From assembly GCA_021654395.1 (NCBI GenBank), contig AP024486.1:540001-572000 (forward strand): 32,000 nucleotides of DNA. Reading direction: 5' to 3'. The number at the start of each line of letters is the position of its first letter. The first letter of the stretch is position 1. Positions 8,651 to 16,062 of the stretch are shown here, piece by piece. The notes below the pieces were generated by a model. That model had not been told where the DNA came from and made no database searches. It saw nothing but the letters and a program-made list of their open reading frames with translations. The position numbers and the translations under genes are program-made. Origin of the DNA: Candidatus Saccharimonadota bacterium (GTDB lineage Archaea > Micrarchaeota > Micrarchaeia > Micrarchaeales > Micrarchaeaceae).

Positions 8651-9315
8651 TCCTCAAAGAAGTAGCTTAATGCTTTGTATATATCTTTAAATCTAAAGTC
8701 TCCGCACTTGCTTCTTGTATCTCCTATAAGCACTGTAGTAAAGCCGAATCTGCCTGCAGATCTTATATTCTCTACGTTATCTTCAAAGTATATTACATCT
8801 TTCTTATTTATCCTTCTATTAAGGCTCTTCTTGATCTCTTCATAAGCTTTCTTATATGCATCCTTATACGGCTTTGGTGTCGGCATTATATCCTCTAAGC
8901 CCATTATAAAGCTTAACTGATCTCTTATACCTTGTAGCTTTGCTAGATGCTCTATAATATAGCGAGGTGTATTAGAAAGCACAGCTTTATCATAATCTAT
9001 CTCCTCAAGCCTCTCCTTAAGCTTATCGTCCTTCTTAACTAGCTTCTTTGCTATACTAAGCACTGGCTTATATACATTCTCTATATAGCTATCTATCTCT
9101 ACCTTATACTCTCTATTCAGAATATACGGTGTTGCATCTGTCTTATACTTTATCCTAAGCCTCTTTAGAAGATCGCTTACATTGTCCTTCTCTACTCCAG
9201 ATACCTCACTTATAAATCTTCTCTTAGCCTCTTTATATATAATGCCTATCTTGGGGTGCTTCTCTATTATTGGAAATAAGCAGCCCTCATAGTCCATTAG
9301 TAAAAACTTCATCAA
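8647..9315 (-). CDS. HAD-superfamily hydrolase (subfamily IA, pyrimidine-5'-nucleotidase-like), atypical motif I
   Basis: Motif I is LLMDYEGCLF (D-x-E instead of D-x-D). Motif II is VLSNTP, motif III is PKPYKDAYKKAYEEI and motif IV is IYFEDNVENIRSAGRFGFTTVLI. The 3' end overlaps the EndoQ-like gene by 4 nt (convergent). Confidence 0.5.
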   Translation of the reverse strand: MMKFLLMDYEGCLFPIIEKHPKIGIIYKEAKRRFISEVSGVEKDNVSDLLKRLRIKYKTDATPYILNREYKVEIDSYIENVYKPVLSIAKKLVKKDDKLKERLEEIDYDKAVLSNTPRYIIEHLAKLQGIRDQLSFIMGLEDIMPTPKPYKDAYKKAYEEIKKSLNRRINKKDVIYFEDNVENIRSAGRFGFTTVLIGDTRSKCGDFRFKDIYKALSYFFED

Positions 9316-9366
9316 TTAAATATTTAATTGCATTAAGCTTTAATAAATATTATATAAAGTGCCTTT

Positions 9367-10191
9367 ATGGAGGAATTAAGGAAGATGCTATTTAATGGAA
9401 GCTTCTACTTTAAGACAGCGTCAGCCAATAAGAGCTTTATAGAGGACTCTCTAAAGAAGGCAGATATAAAAGCAGAGGATGCAAAGGCGTATGTAGTACC
9501 GCATGCGGGCTACATCTACTCTGGAAGTACAGCAGCTTATGCTTATAAATCATTGATGAATAATAAGATGCTAAAAGAAGTAGAAACTATAGTTATCGTT
9601 GGCCCTGATCATAATGCTTTAGGAGATTCTATATCTGTATCAATGATGGACTGGGAGACTCCTTTTGGCATATTGAATAACGATAGAAAGCTATCTATGC
9701 TTATAGCATCACATAGCTATATAGAGATTGATGAGAGAGCGCATATGCATGAGCATTCTATAGAGGTTCAGCTTCCGTTTTTGGCTTATATAGCTAAAGA
9801 TAAGAGATACTGCTTTATATCGATGACAGACCAGAGCTTAGATGCAGCAGAGCTGCTTTCTAAAGCCATAATAGACTCTATAGTTAAGCTTAATAGAAAG
9901 ATTCTGCTAATAGCAAGCTCAGATATGAACCACTATGAAAGTAGAGAGGTAACATATAATAAAGATATGGAAGTTATAAAAGAGATAGAAGCAATGAATA
10001 TTATAAATTTTTACTATAAAATAGATAGATTAAGGAGCTCTATGTGTGGCTACGGCGCCGTTGCTACTGCGATGTTATACTCAAGATTCGTAAATACAAG
10101 CGGAGGGGAGCTTCTTAGATACTACGACTCTGGATATGCTACAAAGGATACAGACTCAGTTGTAGGCTATGCAGCAATAGCATTCCATTAA
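9367..10191 (+). CDS. AmmeMemoRadiSam system protein B / MEMO1-family protein
   Basis: Motifs seen are VVPHAGYIYSG, VGPDH, HSIEVQLPFL, SSDMNHYE, MCGYG and VGYAAIAF. Confidence 0.85.
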   Translation: MEELRKMLFNGSFYFKTASANKSFIEDSLKKADIKAEDAKAYVVPHAGYIYSGSTAAYAYKSLMNNKMLKEVETIVIVGPDHNALGDSISVSMMDWETPFGILNNDRKLSMLIASHSYIEIDERAHMHEHSIEVQLPFLAYIAKDKRYCFISMTDQSLDAAELLSKAIIDSIVKLNRKILLIASSDMNHYESREVTYNKDMEVIKEIEAMNIINFYYKIDRLRSSMCGYGAVATAMLYSRFVNTSGGELLRYYDSGYATKDTDSVVGYAAIAFH

Positions 10192-10201
10192 GTGAAGCCA
10201 G

Positions 10202-10963
10202 ATGAAGAAGAGCTATAAGCAGATTGTTGAGAAGATATATTATAATAATATAAAGCAGTATATAGCCGCATCAACGTTAAAGAAGCTTATAAGTAAGATA
10301 CGCTACTATAACGCTAAAGGAGTAAGTCCAAAGATAAGGCTGCTTCTATCAGATGCGAATAGTAGATATAAGCAGCTGTATAACATAAATACATACTCAC
10401 AGCTTATAGATAGCATATATAAGCTCCGTTTAGATGCATCTTTATATATAAGGCCTGGAGCTCTTATAATAGATAATGATATCTCATCATTAAATAACCT
10501 AATAGTCAAGGCAGCAGACAAGTTAAAGGATATCTATATAGAGTATGACAGCTACTTCGGAAGGCTCATAGATAATGTCTCATCTCTAGCATACTATCCA
10601 AATATATATCTAGAGATTCCGATATCCAGAATAGGTCTTATAGATGACTCTTCAATAAGCAGGATGAAAGGCTTCAGCGTATATGCTAATGATATAAATG
10701 TAAATGAGTTAATAGATAGATTATCTCCATATAGCGATAAGAATATAGTAATAGCAGAATGGGATATAAAAAGGATAAATAGCATAATGAGGGCAGATCA
10801 TAACTATGCGATAGAGGTATTGTATGGGCCAGCATCAACGCTGCTTAATAGCTATAACTTGCAGCTTTCAATGCCGTATGGCAGATACTGGCAGTATTAT
10901 ATAGATAAGTATAAGATAAGCAGTATAAAGGCAAAGGTCATGAAGAAGATCTTTAAGCTTTAA
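10202..10963 (+). CDS. hypothetical protein; weak, divergent resemblance to monofunctional proline dehydrogenase (PutA-type TIM barrel)
   Basis: The C-terminal EVLYGPAS...LSMPYGRYWQYYIDKY resembles the ProDH signature LYG...VPYG(R/x)xWxxYLxRR. Earlier segments align only loosely. Coding status is reasonably secure (long ORF, local codon style); the function is not. Confidence 0.45.
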   Translation: MKKSYKQIVEKIYYNNIKQYIAASTLKKLISKIRYYNAKGVSPKIRLLLSDANSRYKQLYNINTYSQLIDSIYKLRLDASLYIRPGALIIDNDISSLNNLIVKAADKLKDIYIEYDSYFGRLIDNVSSLAYYPNIYLEIPISRIGLIDDSSISRMKGFSVYANDINVNELIDRLSPYSDKNIVIAEWDIKRINSIMRADHNYAIEVLYGPASTLLNSYNLQLSMPYGRYWQYYIDKYKISSIKAKVMKKIFKL

Positions 10964-11020
10964 ATATTATTTATAAATTTATTTTATATAATTATATAAG
11001 AATTACAAATAGGGAATTCA

Positions 11021-12013
11021 ATGAGTAAAACTGTGCTTGTGACAGGAGCTACATCAAGGGTCGGTATAGCGCTTATCAAAGAGCTTGCAGATAAAGGTTA
11101 CTCTGTTAGAGCTCTAGTTAAGAATAGACTTTCAGAGAGAATAAGTGAGCTACCAAAGTCTACAAGTATATACTTTGCAGATATCTCTTCAGATTATAAT
11201 GAGGATATTCAAAGCATAAAGGAAGCCTCTGCAGGAGTTGATGTCATAATACATCTAGCAGCTGCAGTATACAACTACAGATACAATAGAGATGAATTTC
11301 TAGATATAAATGTTATAGGGACTCAAAGACTTATTGATGCTTTTATAGAATCTAATAAGGTATTTAATAAGACGCTTCATTTCTTGCTAAGCAGCACTGT
11401 AAGCGTATATGGATATAAGAGGGCAGATCTGTTAACAGAGAACTCCCCTCTAAAGCCTTCCTCTAACTACGCAGTAAGTAAGTATATGGCAGAGAATGTT
11501 GTAAAGAGCTATGCAGAGGCTTATAGCAATATAAAGTATACAATATTTAGATATGCTACATTCTTTGGAGATGGATATAACGATCATATATATAAGGTAT
11601 TCGATCTTGTAAGGAATAAGACAATAAGAATCATAGGAGATGGCAACAATGTATTAAACTTTGTTCATTATATGGATTCAATAAAGGCTATAATGCTATC
11701 TCTAGAGAACGATAATGCATTGAACAAGGTATATAATATAACTGATGGAGAGAGCTACAAGCAGAAGGATCTCATAGAGCTAGCAGCTAAGCTGCTTAAT
11801 GTAGATCTTAAGCCTAAACATGTAAGTCATATGATAGCAAGGATAGTATCTGTATATAAGGAAAGTATAACAAGAGATGAGCTGGACTTCATAGCTAGCA
11901 ACAGAAGGATATCTATAGATAGGGCTATACAGGATCTAAACTATAAGCCAGATCATATACTTTATAACGAGGCAAAGGATATTGTTAATGATTATCTTAC
12001 AAAGAGAAGATAA
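11021..12013 (+). CDS. NAD(P)-dependent epimerase/dehydratase (extended SDR)
   Basis: Has the N-terminal Rossmann motif VLVTGATSRVGIALIKEL, the catalytic YAVSKYMAE (YxxxK) and SSTVSVYG, at 330 aa. Confidence 0.85.
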   Translation: MSKTVLVTGATSRVGIALIKELADKGYSVRALVKNRLSERISELPKSTSIYFADISSDYNEDIQSIKEASAGVDVIIHLAAAVYNYRYNRDEFLDINVIGTQRLIDAFIESNKVFNKTLHFLLSSTVSVYGYKRADLLTENSPLKPSSNYAVSKYMAENVVKSYAEAYSNIKYTIFRYATFFGDGYNDHIYKVFDLVRNKTIRIIGDGNNVLNFVHYMDSIKAIMLSLENDNALNKVYNITDGESYKQKDLIELAAKLLNVDLKPKHVSHMIARIVSVYKESITRDELDFIASNRRISIDRAIQDLNYKPDHILYNEAKDIVNDYLTKRR

Positions 12014-12016
12014 TGA

Positions 12017-12808
12017 GTGCTTTACATGGATATAGGAAAGGTAGAGCGTTATATACTAGAGCTTCTTGAAGAGAAGAAGAAGCTGCTCTTTACAGTAATA
12101 GACCCATTAGACTATAAAGATGTAGATTCGGCTGTTAAGACAGCATACAATGCATATAGGGGCGGAGCAGATGCTATACTCATAGGAGGCAGCATAGGCG
12201 TTCATGGCGAGGTCCTAGATAATACAGCAGAGCAGATCAAGGAGAAGATTGATGATACCCCTCTTATAATCTTTCCAGGAAATATATCAACTCTAACAAG
12301 GCATGCTGACGCTGTATACTTCATGTCATTATTGAATGCAAGGAATCCTTACTGGATAATTCAGGCTCAGACCTTGGCTGCACATACAATAAGATCTCTA
12401 AAGCTAGAGCCTCTGCCTGTTGGATATATAGTTGTCGCTCCTGGAGGCACTGTTGGCTGGGTCGGTGATGCTAATCTTGTTCCTAGAGAAAAGCCAAAGC
12501 TAGCTAGCATACTAGCTCTTGCTGGTCAGTATCTAGGGAATCATTTCATAATAACAGATACTGGATCTAATCCTGCCTTACAGGGCCAAGGTCATGTTCC
12601 ATTAGAGATGATAAGAGCAGTTAAGTCTACGATAGATATACCATATATAGTAGCAGGAGGTATAAGAAGCTATGATGAAGCAAAGAATGTATTTAAGGCA
12701 GGAGCAGATATAGTTCAAGTAGGTACTGCGTTCGAGAAAGCTGAAGATACTTATAAGGCAGCGAAGCTATTTGCTAGAGCAGCAAGAGAGGCTGCTGAGG
12801 AGAGATGA
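12017..12808 (+). CDS. geranylgeranylglyceryl phosphate synthase (PcrB/GGGPS family)
   Basis: Motifs seen are LFTVIDP, ADAILIGGS, IIFPGN, SLLNARNPYWIIQAQ, GYIVVAPGGTVGWVGDAN and IVAGGIRSYDEAKNVFKAGADIVQVGTAFE. The track start is GTG 12017; ATG 12026 (MDIGKV) is an alternative. Confidence 0.85.
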   Translation: MLYMDIGKVERYILELLEEKKKLLFTVIDPLDYKDVDSAVKTAYNAYRGGADAILIGGSIGVHGEVLDNTAEQIKEKIDDTPLIIFPGNISTLTRHADAVYFMSLLNARNPYWIIQAQTLAAHTIRSLKLEPLPVGYIVVAPGGTVGWVGDANLVPREKPKLASILALAGQYLGNHFIITDTGSNPALQGQGHVPLEMIRAVKSTIDIPYIVAGGIRSYDEAKNVFKAGADIVQVGTAFEKAEDTYKAAKLFARAAREAAEER

Positions 12809-13881
12809 GAGCAGTAAGTAATCTAGAGCTTAAAAGGCTTATCGATGAGATCTCAGTAGTTAATGGATCTTATCTTTCTAAAGCATTCGCTATAGCTAAT
12901 GATATAATAAAGTTAAGATTCAGATCCGGTCAATTAAGATACAATCTAATGATCTATCTACCATATGCTGTATTTCTAACAGATGCTGATATAAGAGAGT
13001 ATACAAGCAACGGCTTTGTTAATATAATAAGAGATAAGCTAGATAATGCTTATCTAGAGAGCATATCACAAGTTGGAGATGATAGAGTAATAGAGCTGTC
13101 ATTTGTTAAAGGTGATAATAGATATAAGATATATATCGAGCTATTCGGTAAAGGTAATATAATACTAAAGACAGATGATGCAGTATACAGATACAAGGAT
13201 AATGTTAAGGAGGTTCAGTATAAGACTGAAAAGATAGAAGAAAGCAAGATATTAGAGGTATATAATAAGGACGATAGTATAATAAGATCCTTAATGGAGA
13301 TTAGAAGCATCGGCTCTATATATATAGAGGATCTGCTTCTAAGAGAGAGGATAAATCCTAAAGAGAAGGTAAAGAGTATATCTATAGATCTATTCAAGAA
13401 GCTTATAGATGATATAGATAAAGATGCAGAATCTAGACTTAAGGATAAAGCATATCTATATAGCATAGACGGTAATGATAAGGACTTCTCTCTAGGCTTA
13501 ATAGAGAAGTATAAGAGCTATAGCTATCAGCTATTCGACAGCCTAAACTCTCTAATAGAGCTACTATATCTAGAGAAGATATATAGTCTAATAGAGAGCA
13601 TTAAGACATCCTCAATTAACGAGAAGGCAGAGAGCTATATTAAAAGCATAGAGAAGCAGAGATCATATCTAGAAGCGTTAAATAAGGAGATAGATGATTA
13701 TAGAAGAGCAGGAGCTATAATAATGAATAGGATGTATATGCTTAATCAAGTAATAGATATAGTAAAAAGAAATGAGAGAGAGGAGCTATCTAAGCTAAAG
13801 GAGCTCCTAAAGGATTATAATATAGAGCTAATAAATATAAATAAGAAAGATAAGTATATAGAGATAGATATAGATGATTAA
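12805..13881 (+). CDS. NFACT-N domain protein (Rqc2/FbpA-like N-terminal module plus coiled coil, no NFACT-R region visible)
   Basis: The pattern NLELKRLIDEI...GSYLSKAF...LRFR...FVNIIRDKLDNAYLESISQVGDDRVIELSF...IELFGKGNIIL matches the NFACT-N pattern. The C-terminal half is K/E/I-rich and coiled-coil-like. ATGA overlap with the GGGPS stop. Confidence 0.55.
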   Translation: MRAVSNLELKRLIDEISVVNGSYLSKAFAIANDIIKLRFRSGQLRYNLMIYLPYAVFLTDADIREYTSNGFVNIIRDKLDNAYLESISQVGDDRVIELSFVKGDNRYKIYIELFGKGNIILKTDDAVYRYKDNVKEVQYKTEKIEESKILEVYNKDDSIIRSLMEIRSIGSIYIEDLLLRERINPKEKVKSISIDLFKKLIDDIDKDAESRLKDKAYLYSIDGNDKDFSLGLIEKYKSYSYQLFDSLNSLIELLYLEKIYSLIESIKTSSINEKAESYIKSIEKQRSYLEALNKEIDDYRRAGAIIMNRMYMLNQVIDIVKRNEREELSKLKELLKDYNIELININKKDKYIEIDIDD

Positions 13882-14764
13882 GATCAGGTTTCTTGGAACA
13901 TCTGGATCTACACCGACTAGATCAAGAGCTCTGCCATCTGTATTAATAGAATATAACGGAAGCAGCATACTATTAGATTGTGGAGAGGGCACTCAGCTTC
14001 AGATGCTACGCTTCAACGAGAACTTATTTAAGATAAGAGATATATTTATAACGCATGAGCATGGTGATCATCTATTTGGACTTCCTGGTATAATAAGAAC
14101 TCTAGCTATAAATAATATAAATAAAGGAGTTAATATATACATTCCTAAAGAGTCTTATGAGAAGATCGATAGATTACTAGACTTCGATGCAAATCTAGTA
14201 AGATATAAAGTAAATATAGTAAAGCTAAAGCCTTTAGATATAGTAAGATTTGATGGCTTTTATGTAAAAGCATTTAAGCTTAAGCACAGTGTTCCAACCC
14301 TTGGTTATGCATTTGTAGAGTATGATAGATTAAGATTCTATAAGGATAAGATAGCAAGATATAGGCTAACTAAAGATGATATAATCAAGATTAAGAGTAA
14401 AGGCTATGTAAATAAGGATAATAAGATAATAAAGCTTGATGAGGTAACTTATCTAAAGAAAGGTAAGAAGATAGTATATGCGACAGATACAAGGCCGTTT
14501 ATATCAACTGTAAAGGTAGCTAAAGATGCAGATCTTCTTATTCATGAGTCATCTTATAGCAGTAAGCATATTAATCTAGCTAGAGAGAGGCTTCACTCAA
14601 CTGCGGCAGAGGCAGCCAAGGTAGCATTAAGAGCAGATGTTAATAAGCTCATACTATTTCATTTTAGCGCCAGATATAAAGATATAAAGCCTCTACTAAA
14701 AGAGGCATCATCCATATTTAGCAATACACAGGCAGCATATGATGGTCTTCTATTATATATATAG
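13874..14764 (+). CDS. rnz: ribonuclease Z (tRNA 3' endonuclease, metallo-beta-lactamase fold)
   Basis: Motifs seen are IRFLGTSGSTPTRSRALPSVLIEY, LLDCGEGTQ, ITHEHGDHLFGLPG and HFSARY. Overlaps the upstream gene by 8 nt. Confidence 0.9.
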   Translation: MIKIRFLGTSGSTPTRSRALPSVLIEYNGSSILLDCGEGTQLQMLRFNENLFKIRDIFITHEHGDHLFGLPGIIRTLAINNINKGVNIYIPKESYEKIDRLLDFDANLVRYKVNIVKLKPLDIVRFDGFYVKAFKLKHSVPTLGYAFVEYDRLRFYKDKIARYRLTKDDIIKIKSKGYVNKDNKIIKLDEVTYLKKGKKIVYATDTRPFISTVKVAKDADLLIHESSYSSKHINLARERLHSTAAEAAKVALRADVNKLILFHFSARYKDIKPLLKEASSIFSNTQAAYDGLLLYI

Positions 14765-14800
14765 AAAGCTATTTTAAACTTTTAATTCGGATTAATATCT

Positions 14801-15916
14801 ATGAATAATCAGCTTAGTAATCAATCAAGTAGTATTCAGAGCAAGAGCTTTGAATCAGGCGCTATAGCAGTGCTGCTTATACTAATAGCGCTTGTATTGA
14901 TCGTAGCTGCATTGATAGCCTATAGATTATATACATCTAAAGGATCTCAAGGATCTAAATCTATTATTAATATTAAAGGATCCTCTATTAAAATTAAAGG
15001 CTCTTCCAATCCTAATAGCTCAAGTAGCAGCTCATTAAACAGATCTGAGATTAACTCTTCATCAAGTATAGTCAGTATACCAAGTAATCAGTATAAGATA
15101 GAATCTAATAATAGCTCTATATACTACTATGCTAACATAACTCTATTTAATAATCAAAGTATATCTACTTCAAATACATTTCAGCAAGAGATTATAATAA
15201 ATTCTAGCTCGCCTTTATGGAGCTATATTAGCAAGAATAGATTCGCACAGAATGTAATATTCTTTTATCCTAACAATAAGACAATAATTCCATCATGGCT
15301 TCAATCGTTCAATAGCTCAGCTGCGGTATTCTGGATAAAGGTAAAAGGCATAGAAGCAGACTCTTATGAGAATGTAAGCATAGGCTTCGGTAACTACACA
15401 GAAAGCTTCTTTAACAATATCTCTACAGGAGAGGCTCCAGAGCTAAGCAGCATATATGCGGAGTACGATGATGGTAATAATGTATTTAATTTCTATGACA
15501 ACTTTGTAGACCAGCAACTAAATAGATGGAAGTTTGATGCTCCAGAAGCAAGGATCATAGCAGATAACTCCTTATCGTTCTTCTCTAATTACGGCTTCAA
15601 CTTTATATTTACTATAGAGCCATTTAATAACTCCGTTATACACGTTCTTGTAATCAACTATTCAAATAAAGGCCCAAATAAGCCATACATAGGTTGGTTC
15701 GATACTCAAACCTCAAAGGTAAAGTTTCAATCATCTATAGTCTCTATAGGATACTATTCATTGGCAAACCCAACTAACAATAGATACTCAGCCTTAATAG
15801 ATTCTGGTAATATGAATCCTTCTAGCGAGTTTACAGTTCAGTATATATTTATTACAGCATATCCTCCTGATGGAGTTATGCCTAGCTACAGATTTAGCAG
15901 TATACATAAACTTTAA
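14801..15916 (+). CDS. paralog B: N-terminal TM anchor + Ser-rich linker + DUF2341-like/ConA-LamG-like module
   Basis: Has the TM segment GAIAVLLILIALVLIVAALIAY and a Ser-rich stretch. The module then reads YYYANITLFNNQ...FQQEIIIN...AQNVIFFYPNNKTIIPSWL...VFWIKVKGIEADSYENVSIGFG...AEYDDGNNVFNFYDNF...YPPDGVMPSYRFS. It lacks the QxSxD/TYGWA leader of A, C and D. Confidence 0.8.
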   Translation: MNNQLSNQSSSIQSKSFESGAIAVLLILIALVLIVAALIAYRLYTSKGSQGSKSIINIKGSSIKIKGSSNPNSSSSSSLNRSEINSSSSIVSIPSNQYKIESNNSSIYYYANITLFNNQSISTSNTFQQEIIINSSSPLWSYISKNRFAQNVIFFYPNNKTIIPSWLQSFNSSAAVFWIKVKGIEADSYENVSIGFGNYTESFFNNISTGEAPELSSIYAEYDDGNNVFNFYDNFVDQQLNRWKFDAPEARIIADNSLSFFSNYGFNFIFTIEPFNNSVIHVLVINYSNKGPNKPYIGWFDTQTSKVKFQSSIVSIGYYSLANPTNNRYSALIDSGNMNPSSEFTVQYIFITAYPPDGVMPSYRFSSIHKL

Positions 15917-15947
15917 TAATCATATAAAATTAATCAGTCTATATATT

Positions 15948-16019
15948 GGGCCTGTAGTCCAACGGTTAAGACGCTACCTTGACATGTTAGAGATCGGAGT
16001 TCGACTCTCCGCGAGCCCA
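15948..16019 (+). tRNA. tRNA-Val (anticodon GAC), degenerate/chimeric copy, possibly a pseudogene
   Basis: Same D-arm, T-arm and anticodon loop as 18119-18190. The acceptor pairs GGGCCTG with CGAGCCC (C5.A68 mismatch, U6.G67 wobble). The anticodon stem pairs CTACC with GTTAG (C30.U40 mismatch). The 3' acceptor strand equals that of tRNA-Val(UAC) at 2728-2799. Confidence 0.6.
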
Positions 16020-16023
16020 CACT

Positions 16024-16042
16024 AAAAAAATTTTATTAATAT
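16024..16042 (+). promoter_or_regulatory. putative BRE/TATA of paralog C, leaderless-type spacing
   Basis: AAAAAAA-TTTTATTAATAT ends 21 nt before ATG 16063. The element begins only ~5 nt after the tRNA discriminator, so the tRNA oligo-T stop and the TATA box coincide. Confidence 0.4.
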
Positions 16043-16062
16043 TTACTTATAAATGATAATCG

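Noticed and set aside
10306-13466. Minus-strand ORFs 10306-10521, 10594-10785 and 13215-13466 (also 25049-25276, 25400-25585, 26652-26885, 27048-27452, 27711-28022)
   Set aside because: Antisense shadows inside longer plus-strand genes, with no motifs and the same S/L/I-rich composition.
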